Shown here: one piece after another, positions 45,388-52,354 of the stretch
Layout of the letters: every line of letters begins with the position of its first letter
How positions within the stretch are numbered: the first letter of the stretch is position 1
Origin: a virus
Lineage: Duplodnaviria > Caudoviricetes
Strand: one strand, 5' to 3'
IMG/VR virus record: IMGVR_UViG_3300032322_001410
Coordinates: 1 to 52,354 of that record
DNA length: 52,354 nt
Notes under the pieces: generated by a model
Databases searched by the model: none
What the model was told of the DNA's origin: nothing
The model's input: only the letters and a program-made list of their open reading frames with translations
Program-made: the position numbers and the translations under genes

Positions 45388-46950
45388 TTAATCAAATGAA
45401 ACAAATTGGTCAATTGTAGAATCAATAGTAGAACTTTTTTCTTTTTTAGGTTTTTGTTTTTTTGTGTTTGATATTAGATTTTGCTGAGTTTCTTCTTCAA
45501 CTAGTTTGTTATACATTGTTCTTGCATTGACCGTTTTTTTACCACTAAACCCTTGACTACCTGCCTGCATTTGTTCCCAAAGTTTGCTATACTTTTCTAC
45601 AACATCTAAACTTTCTTGTTTTGTTTTTTGAGCAAAAACTTCATTAATTATTTCTTTAAATTTTTTTTCAATAAATTTATGTCTTATCATTGCGGGTATA
45701 ATATCGTTATCATACCTTCTATTTGCTTCTTGCACCGCTGCTATATGTTGATAAACATTATGTGCTTGTATAAGTGTGTAACTTAGTGTGTCCCAACTTG
45801 TTTTTGTTTCTTTTCCATGTTGCCCAATAAAACCAACACCCCTGTAACATACGTCTTTAATCAATAGTTTATCAACAATAGGACTATTTGTAAATACATT
45901 ATGGACTTTATCGTCCAAAACAGCATCAACAAATTTCCTATTATCTATTGCATATTTTTTATCTTCTGCCGTTTTAGACATTCTATAAGACCATTTACTA
46001 TCGTGTTCAATACTTGTTTCACAATATGCAAGACCTTTTGCAGCACTGAAAAACGGACTGGCGCAATCAAATGTAATTTGTAATTTTGAGTTATGATATT
46101 TTCTAATGGCTTTTTGTATGTCTGTAAACAATACAGCATATTCCAAAATACTTACGCCCAAACAGTGAATCAAATCATGCTTGCCTTCTTGTAATAGTCC
46201 ATCATAGATAATATCAATTAATCTAATAAGTGTTAAATGTATATCAATCTTTGTTTGACCACCAAAAGCCCAACCGTTGAAATGTTTCTCAGGGTATAAA
46301 TTTGGATCACAATATTTTTTCATTTCTTCATACCATTCATAACTTTCAGTATGATTTGTTCCTTGTAGAACATTTAGAAATTTACATTTACCACTACGGT
46401 TATTAATAAAATATTCGTTATTAATATGTGTAGCAGTTATAGCATCTTGAATATTGTGAATGTTATGCAATGGTATAGCATCTGTGTTTAAGAAACTTTG
46501 ACTAGGTACATCTAAACACATACCATAATCCATGTATGTGTCCATCCATTGTAGTACAGCCTTACGTTTCTCTAACGCTTTAGGACAATTAGGATCTTTC
46601 CAATCAGCTGGCCATTGACCTTTTAAAATCTGAAATCCACCACTATCACCTAATAAGAAAGTGCCACTCTCTCTTTCATAAACAATACTCTCACTATTGC
46701 CTTGCTTTTTAGGATCAAGTTCAGCATGTCCTGCGCTATATAATGCCCACTTATATGGAAACAATGCCTTTTGACTGTTTAGAAAATTTAATGATTCTAA
46801 GTCAGAAATACCTTGAGGTATACGATCACTAGGAAAATAGTTTTCACCCTTACGTTGCTTACCCAATCCAGTAATATAAAACGTACTGAGTGCAGGTAAG
46901 AATAGTGCCCAATCGGGATTTTGTTTTTCTGTTAAATTATCTTTTTCCAT
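45388..46950 (-). CDS. TGT-superfamily guanine transglycosylase (DpdA-like)
   Basis: DSGGFQ, LDVP, VLQG, AFGG, H.LG, FDCASP TGT barrel motifs; sits with folE/queD/queE. Confidence 0.8.
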   Translation of the reverse strand: MEKDNLTEKQNPDWALFLPALSTFYITGLGKQRKGENYFPSDRIPQGISDLESLNFLNSQKALFPYKWALYSAGHAELDPKKQGNSESIVYERESGTFLLGDSGGFQILKGQWPADWKDPNCPKALEKRKAVLQWMDTYMDYGMCLDVPSQSFLNTDAIPLHNIHNIQDAITATHINNEYFINNRSGKCKFLNVLQGTNHTESYEWYEEMKKYCDPNLYPEKHFNGWAFGGQTKIDIHLTLIRLIDIIYDGLLQEGKHDLIHCLGVSILEYAVLFTDIQKAIRKYHNSKLQITFDCASPFFSAAKGLAYCETSIEHDSKWSYRMSKTAEDKKYAIDNRKFVDAVLDDKVHNVFTNSPIVDKLLIKDVCYRGVGFIGQHGKETKTSWDTLSYTLIQAHNVYQHIAAVQEANRRYDNDIIPAMIRHKFIEKKFKEIINEVFAQKTKQESLDVVEKYSKLWEQMQAGSQGFSGKKTVNARTMYNKLVEEETQQNLISNTKKQKPKKEKSSTIDSTIDQFVSFD

Positions 46951-47342
46951 TAGATTGCTTGCATCGCCACAGGTTCATCACTATGTGATTCTTTTTTAAT
47001 CAACGATTTAATCATTTCAAGTTGATTTTGTTTCTCTTTGATTTGATTTACTAAATCATTGACAGCATGGTTAGTTTTAGCAAGTTCTTCTAACTCCATT
47101 TCTTCATGCATTTTTTTATTTGCCCATTCAATTATTTTTTTAGTGTTAGAATCTAAATCTACTTGAACAACATTATTTGGTATACTGTGCCATGCCATTC
47201 CATCACTAACTGCGAAACCTTGCGCCATAGAATCCCACTTAATCATACCTGCTCCGGAGAAAGTATTATTAATTTGGGGCATATGTTGATTTGTATTAGA
47301 CACAGTGATATGACTGCTACCTGAATATATGTTTTTAATCAT
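46950..47342 (-). CDS. hypothetical protein
   Basis: 130-aa ORF coupled to both neighbours. Confidence 0.7.
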   Translation of the reverse strand: MIKNIYSGSSHITVSNTNQHMPQINNTFSGAGMIKWDSMAQGFAVSDGMAWHSIPNNVVQVDLDSNTKKIIEWANKKMHEEMELEELAKTNHAVNDLVNQIKEKQNQLEMIKSLIKKESHSDEPVAMQAI

Positions 47343-48073
47343 TTTTGTTGTGCTGGAATCAAATAAGTATAGACTGCTAATCCTGTGTCAACTACAATTT
47401 CACAGGCACCCTGATTACTAATTCTCATTTTCTTGTCACCTACCAAACTAAGGATGTTACTGATTTCTTTAACTGGCCACTTCCATCCATGTGTAAGTAC
47501 ATTATCAACATTGCTTTGAAAAACAAAACTACCATTATGAGTAGAAGGGTCACCAAAATAAACTTTTAACTCGTTATTCTCAGTAATCATTCTAAACTTA
47601 TCTTCTTCACTGTTAGCTGATGCTTGCTTTTTCAAACGCATAATGCCATTTACCGCTGGTTCAAATTCTAACTGATATGTTGGTTTATGTAATTTAAAGT
47701 TTTTAACCTTTTCTTGAATAATCGATTCTGACATTAAACGATATTCATTTTTAAAGTCTTTAGTTGCTGTGTGAAAAGAAATGCTTTCTGGAACTAATTT
47801 TCCATTCTCGTCTGTTTTCTTGTTAACCATAATGATAGACGCATCATCGTATTCCTCAAAACTTAAAATAGTTTTTAGTTTTCCTAAATTAGGCATACCG
47901 AATGTACCTATAAATTCAGGATGAGGAGTTTTGAATACACCAGTAATAACCAAAGTTTTGTCAGCAGAAACCGCATGAATTTCTGTTACTGTGTCTGAAC
48001 CTAATATTTTTATTTGCTCAATCGTTTCAATTACTGAAACGTTTTTAATAATGTCATTTAAAATGTTTTTCAT
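47339..48073 (-). CDS. putative DNA polymerase sliding clamp
   Basis: 244 aa, alternating beta/alpha pattern ending Y.YLIP, directly downstream of polB; fold call is inferred. Confidence 0.55.
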   Translation of the reverse strand: MKNILNDIIKNVSVIETIEQIKILGSDTVTEIHAVSADKTLVITGVFKTPHPEFIGTFGMPNLGKLKTILSFEEYDDASIIMVNKKTDENGKLVPESISFHTATKDFKNEYRLMSESIIQEKVKNFKLHKPTYQLEFEPAVNGIMRLKKQASANSEEDKFRMITENNELKVYFGDPSTHNGSFVFQSNVDNVLTHGWKWPVKEISNILSLVGDKKMRISNQGACEIVVDTGLAVYTYLIPAQQK

Positions 48074-48151
48074 GTTTATCCTTTAAGTTTGAATATTTAA
48101 ATTGCGTCATTACGTATAATAATGGAATTTATTGCAAAAAGCAACATTATT

Positions 48152-50860
48152 TTACCCGAAGGTAATAAAAGATTCAAATGTTGACCTTATATTAGTACTA
48201 TCTCGTATGTTCCAATCTAGCACCCCCAATAAATTGTCTATCTTCTCATCTACAAGTGTTGTTTCCATTGCTTCATCATCAAATGGAAGTTCAACAAACC
48301 ATTTAGGTAGTCTTAACTCGTCTGTCGGATACGCAATACTTGTAAAGTTTAATGGATTACTTCTAAGTTTACATACAACAATTTTCATACCATCAACAAT
48401 TTTCTGACTGTAATTGTCACCATGTACTTTGCGTAGATAGTTCCAATTCAATGCGGCTCTAACATGACCAGGCATATTTGCTTTACCTGTTGCGCTAGTA
48501 GCTTCTTTTTCACCATACATAGTTAAATTGTTTACTGATTTAGGACTACCCTTTGTCCAACTATCTTGTTCACTTAGTTTAGTTTTAAAAGTTTTTACTA
48601 CTTCAACAATTTCATTACGGTCTTTACCTGCCAAAACCATTTCTAAAACTTGCATCAGAAAATCTTGAACTTGTTTAGGAGTATCAGCACGTTTTAGGTC
48701 TAGACCCATTGCTTTAATCTTACCCATGCTGCCATTAGTATCTAGACGTTTTCCTTCTTTGTCATAGATATTAATAGCATAACGTTTTTTAGTAATGAAT
48801 AATGTTCTGTCACCGATCAATTCACGTCCAGCTTTAATAATCGAACCATTCTTTCTCGGACAATGAAATGCACGTTCCATAAATGATGGGAAGCTATCAT
48901 TAATTTGATCTGCGATATTATCGTAAAGTGTTATGCATAGTTCTTTACTCCAGTTAATTTCACCTTTCGCAATATCATCTTTGAGTACAGGTAAGGCACT
49001 GAAATAACAACTATCAGTATCTCCATATACGATTGCAGTGCCATCATGGTTGTATTCACCTGCAATACATTCATTTATTTGGCTCATCATATGTTTTGTA
49101 ATCTGACGACCACTTAATGTAACGCTTTGACCAATACGTTTATCATAAAATCTACAATGCTCATTTAATAGTGCGCCATATGCAGAGTTGAGTAGAATCT
49201 TTCGGACTAATTGACGTTTATCCCAATACTCTTTGTCATAGTCGGTTGTTGATTCTTTTAGTTTCTTCTGCATATCTTTACGATCACTATACCAACGTGT
49301 GAGTAGTCCGGGAATCACGCCTTCTTGCTCGTAAGTAAAGATAGTACCATTAGCACTTAGTATGTATGGATTGTTACTATCAAAAACAAATTTCCATATT
49401 TCTGCCGCACTCATTTCTATGCTACGACCATCTTCATAATCAATGGTTAGCATTGTACCACGTTCTTGGTTCATGATTGCTGCGTATTCTAAACTACCAA
49501 ACAATCCTTCCCACAAGATACTACCAGTAACGCCTTCATCTTCGTTCTTTCTGCGTTTCTTTTCTTTTGCCAAACGCATACTTTTTTCATACATGTATTG
49601 ATTAGTTAAGGTTTGTCTAACTTGTCCGACAATGGTTTCTGGCGCCATGTTAAGAGCGCGGATCGCTGACGGGTAGAGACTGTTGATATCGACTGCCCCA
49701 ACGTATTCGTGAATGCCCCTTTTGGGCGTAGCAACATAGGCACCTGCTGCTTGCTGTTCGTCATCTGTTTCCTTTCGTAATTTATCAGGTACAACAACAC
49801 CTCGTTCATGTGCTTCATTAAAAATTGCCATTTCAATCATTGCCACCGAACCCATAACAGTCGGAAGCAACACAGTATTTTCATGTGCAAGTGCGTTAGC
49901 TAAATCTAAAAATTTTAATTTATTATGAATCTTAACCAACAGCATTGTATCTTGTCGATTGTATTCTAAGAATTTTTTAAAATCTTTATTATAAAGTTGG
50001 TCTAATGTGCCTTCATATTGAGTTTTATTTTCACCAACTTCCATTTCACCAATGAAATCTAGCTTGTAACTATGTCTGGATTCGTAGTTATACTTTTTAT
50101 ATAACTGCAAATAGTCCATATGTATTCGCCCAATTAAATCATATGTGGTTTCTTCTTTACCAAATCGTTCATATGTACGTGCTTTAGGCAATTGACCGAG
50201 CAGACAAAATTTACGTGTATCATCTTTGCTCATTACTCTAGTGACACGATTTACCATATATGGAATATCATATCCTTCTGAGTTCCAACCAGTCAATACA
50301 TCTGCATCTTCAATCAACTGAAAAAATGTTTCGAACATTTCTACTTCTGTTTTGAACGACAAACAATTTTCAAACTCATTTGTTATTTCTTGTGCAGTTT
50401 CAACACTCATATGTTTCGGCTTGATACACAATGTAATCAATTGGTCTAGCCAATCAAGATACATTGATATTGCTGTTACCATATTGAATGGATCACTAGT
50501 TGGACTAAACCCTTTGTCAGGATCAAAGTCAACTTCAATATCAAAGAAACATGTATGTAACTTTGGAGCTTCTACATTAAGATAATTTTCACTCAAACAA
50601 CGAAAAACTACATTAACATCACTTTCAAATAATTTTTTATTTGAATGTATTCGTCGCTCTTTTTCAAACTCGCTACGTTTACGTGTACTGAACCTACTAA
50701 CAGGATCGCCATACATACTACGATGCTTACCTTTTAGGTCACTATAGTAAAATACATAATTGGCAGGATATTCACGATAGGCTCGTTTGCCCTCAGGCGT
50801 TCGTTCTACGACATAGATTTTATCACCATCTCTGTCGTGCAATGCATCAACGTATGACAT
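48152..50860 (-). CDS. family B DNA polymerase
   Basis: Exonuclease FDIE, WN...YD, YN..D; polymerase DINSLYPS, K..LNS.YG, YGDTDS, KKRY. Confidence 0.97.
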   Translation of the reverse strand: MSYVDALHDRDGDKIYVVERTPEGKRAYREYPANYVFYYSDLKGKHRSMYGDPVSRFSTRKRSEFEKERRIHSNKKLFESDVNVVFRCLSENYLNVEAPKLHTCFFDIEVDFDPDKGFSPTSDPFNMVTAISMYLDWLDQLITLCIKPKHMSVETAQEITNEFENCLSFKTEVEMFETFFQLIEDADVLTGWNSEGYDIPYMVNRVTRVMSKDDTRKFCLLGQLPKARTYERFGKEETTYDLIGRIHMDYLQLYKKYNYESRHSYKLDFIGEMEVGENKTQYEGTLDQLYNKDFKKFLEYNRQDTMLLVKIHNKLKFLDLANALAHENTVLLPTVMGSVAMIEMAIFNEAHERGVVVPDKLRKETDDEQQAAGAYVATPKRGIHEYVGAVDINSLYPSAIRALNMAPETIVGQVRQTLTNQYMYEKSMRLAKEKKRRKNEDEGVTGSILWEGLFGSLEYAAIMNQERGTMLTIDYEDGRSIEMSAAEIWKFVFDSNNPYILSANGTIFTYEQEGVIPGLLTRWYSDRKDMQKKLKESTTDYDKEYWDKRQLVRKILLNSAYGALLNEHCRFYDKRIGQSVTLSGRQITKHMMSQINECIAGEYNHDGTAIVYGDTDSCYFSALPVLKDDIAKGEINWSKELCITLYDNIADQINDSFPSFMERAFHCPRKNGSIIKAGRELIGDRTLFITKKRYAINIYDKEGKRLDTNGSMGKIKAMGLDLKRADTPKQVQDFLMQVLEMVLAGKDRNEIVEVVKTFKTKLSEQDSWTKGSPKSVNNLTMYGEKEATSATGKANMPGHVRAALNWNYLRKVHGDNYSQKIVDGMKIVVCKLRSNPLNFTSIAYPTDELRLPKWFVELPFDDEAMETTLVDEKIDNLLGVLDWNIRDSTNIRSTFESFITFG

Positions 50861-51120
50861 TAAATAGTTTTACCTACTGTGGTAAGAATATTTTCTAATA
50901 GTTCTTGTTCTTGTTGAGTTTTACTGAATTCTGCTTTGTGTGCAACACGAATGGCTTTTTTGAGTACGCTTGGCTTTACTTCTAGTTCTTCTGCTACTGC
51001 TTTAATGGTATCACTAAGTCCACCATTTAATGTTTCAACTTCATTCATGACCTGCATTCCTTCATTAATGAGTTGGGTTAGTTTTAATTTTTGATCTGCG
51101 GAAAAGGTTCTGTTGTCCAA
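50860..51120 (-). CDS. DsbA-like (T4 dsDNA-binding) small helical protein
   Basis: INEG......E.L......I..VAEEL...P..LKK.I...HK; AGGAG SD with TTG start. Confidence 0.6.
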   Translation of the reverse strand: MDNRTFSADQKLKLTQLINEGMQVMNEVETLNGGLSDTIKAVAEELEVKPSVLKKAIRVAHKAEFSKTQQEQELLENILTTVGKTI

Positions 51121-51143
51121 TTTGAACTCCTATAAAATGAATA

Positions 51144-51770
51144 TTAATTATACACATCACTTGTAGTAAATGCAAGTTTTTGTTTATCCAATACTAGCTT
51201 TTTAACTAGTTTTGGTAATCCTGGGTTAACATGTAAAGCATGTGGCATCAACTCATGTCTGATATAATTGCGAATGTATTTGGTATCCGTATTAGATTGG
51301 TCTTCGATCCAACCACATTCGTGTCGTTCTGCCCAATCGATTAAATCATGTTTAGTTGTAGTAAGAAATGGGCGTAATACATTGTTTCGTTGTGCAGGGA
51401 TAACTTTTGGATTACCATGCATACATGACCAAATATATGTTTCAACACAATCATCTAAATGATGCGCAGTAACAACTGGATCTTTAAACGATTCTAAAAA
51501 TTTATATCGCTCATCTCTCCAAAACTCTTGACTACTCACACCATCGGGATAATCTTTAGTAAGATGACCAACTACTAATGGCAATTCTCTAGCACTAGCA
51601 AAGTCTTGTACAAACCGATGTGCCAATTCACTTGTTTTTGTACCATGATGAAAGAATGCCAATGTGACATCGTGTTTTCTATGCAAGAAATCGGCAATGG
51701 CTACACTATCCACGCCACCGCTAAATGCGATAACTAATTTTTTGGGTAGTGGGAAGAGTAATTTGATCAT
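51144..51770 (-). CDS. tilS: tRNA(Ile)-lysidine synthase, catalytic domain only
   Basis: SGGVDS PP-loop, R..RY.F, TAHHLDD..ET, RPFL, D.SN....Y.RN.IRH. Confidence 0.88.
   Translation of the reverse strand: MIKLLFPLPKKLVIAFSGGVDSVAIADFLHRKHDVTLAFFHHGTKTSELAHRFVQDFASARELPLVVGHLTKDYPDGVSSQEFWRDERYKFLESFKDPVVTAHHLDDCVETYIWSCMHGNPKVIPAQRNNVLRPFLTTTKHDLIDWAERHECGWIEDQSNTDTKYIRNYIRHELMPHALHVNPGLPKLVKKLVLDKQKLAFTTSDVYN
51147..51175 (-). promoter_or_regulatory. sigma70-type promoter TTGCAT-N17-TATAAT upstream of dsbA-like/polB
   Basis: 17-nt spacer, located in the 3' end of tilS. Confidence 0.55.
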
Positions 51771-51776
51771 CTATAT

Positions 51777-51805
51777 ATTATAGCATAGATGTGTAAAATA
51801 AACAA
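51777..51805 (-). promoter_or_regulatory. sigma70-type promoter giving a probable leaderless tilS mRNA
   Basis: TTGTTT-N17-TATAAT with extended TG, ATG 6 nt downstream, no SD. Confidence 0.6.
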
Positions 51806-51816
51806 CTAGTTTGGAT

Positions 51817-52353
51817 TTAGATAAATCCTGTATCCAGTGCCTCTAAATTCTTTTCTAATTGCCAACGATTTTTAGGAAATTTATTGATGTAAGCATCAAG
51901 CATATTTTCCCAGCTATCGCCCATTCTTGTAATAATGGTTGGGCCTGCTACAGGATTATCTCGCTCATCCATTATTTGACCATATTCAAAATCTATATCC
52001 AAATCATCGGAATCGGCCACTTCATCCCAATCGTAACCAGCATAGTCACTTGATTGGCGGGCATAATCCATAGCATCATCATCGTTTCTTACTGGCTGAT
52101 CATCAATAGATATACCAAAGTGAAATTGATATTTTTCTCCTGGATATTTAGGCTTTTTAGGTATTGCAATAAGTAATGGTGCGATGCCATAATAATATTT
52201 GAACATATTATTACCTTTAGTAGCAGCAGTGCACCAGCGTGTGCCTTGTCCATAGTAACATGAAGCATGTACATCTTCTGGTACAATTACACGCCAATTT
52301 TCATCATCATATAATGTAAATGCACGACCTTTATCTTTTAGTTCTGCTTTATC
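51817..52353 (-). CDS. hypothetical large-phage protein with ASCYYGQGTRWCTA motif, 5' truncated by window end
   Basis: The 51817..52206 frame stays open to the window edge: ...WRVIVPEDVHASCYYGQGTRWCTAATKGNNMF..., KYQFHF. Confidence 0.75.
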   Translation of the reverse strand, partial: DKAELKDKGRAFTLYDDENWRVIVPEDVHASCYYGQGTRWCTAATKGNNMFKYYYGIAPLLIAIPKKPKYPGEKYQFHFGISIDDQPVRNDDDAMDYARQSSDYAGYDWDEVADSDDLDIDFEYGQIMDERDNPVAGPTIITRMGDSWENMLDAYINKFPKNRWQLEKNLEALDTGFI

Positions 52354-52354
52354 A

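Noticed and set aside
51144-51770. PP-loop protein as QueC
   Set aside because: Has TilS motifs (AHHLDD..ET, RP.L, D.SN..RN..R) and lacks the QueC C-terminal Cys zinc cluster.
1-52354. Stop-codon reassignment, tRNA genes, introns or inteins
   Set aside because: Known genes are full length in code 11 with TAA, TAG and TGA all used as stops; no cloverleaf seen in the short gaps by eye; polB, dnaK and clpX are uninterrupted. tRNAscan was not run.
1-52354. Bacterial chromosome origin suggested by dnaK/clpX/clpP/folE
   Set aside because: T4-like polB, RNase H, ATP ligase, dense tiny ORFs and non-bacterial gene order indicate a phage, although no capsid or terminase gene is in this window.

Overview
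AT-rich, gene-dense segment of a large (probably jumbo, T4-superfamily-related) dsDNA bacteriophage genome, read in standard code 11 and mostly on the minus strand. From left to right: (i) three glycine-rich/Ig-repeat putative virion surface proteins sharing an N-terminal motif; (ii) small accessory genes with dCMP deaminase, a cupin and a metallophosphoesterase; (iii) a proteostasis/translation island (clpP, SprT-like protease, clpS, hsp20, dnaK, rpsU, clpX) with ROSE-like thermometer leaders; (iv) lipoproteins, ATP-dependent DNA ligase and small early genes behind six near-identical consensus sigma70 promoters; (v) RNase H/5'-3' exonuclease and UvdE; (vi) a ~10 kb cluster combining 7-deazaguanine synthesis (folE, queD, a second QueD-like protein, queE, a TGT/DpdA-like transglycosylase, no queC in the window) with two GT-B glycosyltransferases, an NDP-sugar epimerase, a cytidylyltransferase and MazG; (vii) putative sliding clamp, family B DNA polymerase, DsbA-like protein and TilS. 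The best candidate for an undescribed system is cluster (vi): a possibly glycosylated, clamp-coupled deazaguanine DNA modification with a preQ1-I-like RNA switch before queD and a tandem-hairpin operator before folE. All family calls come from motif recognition by eye; no searches were run.
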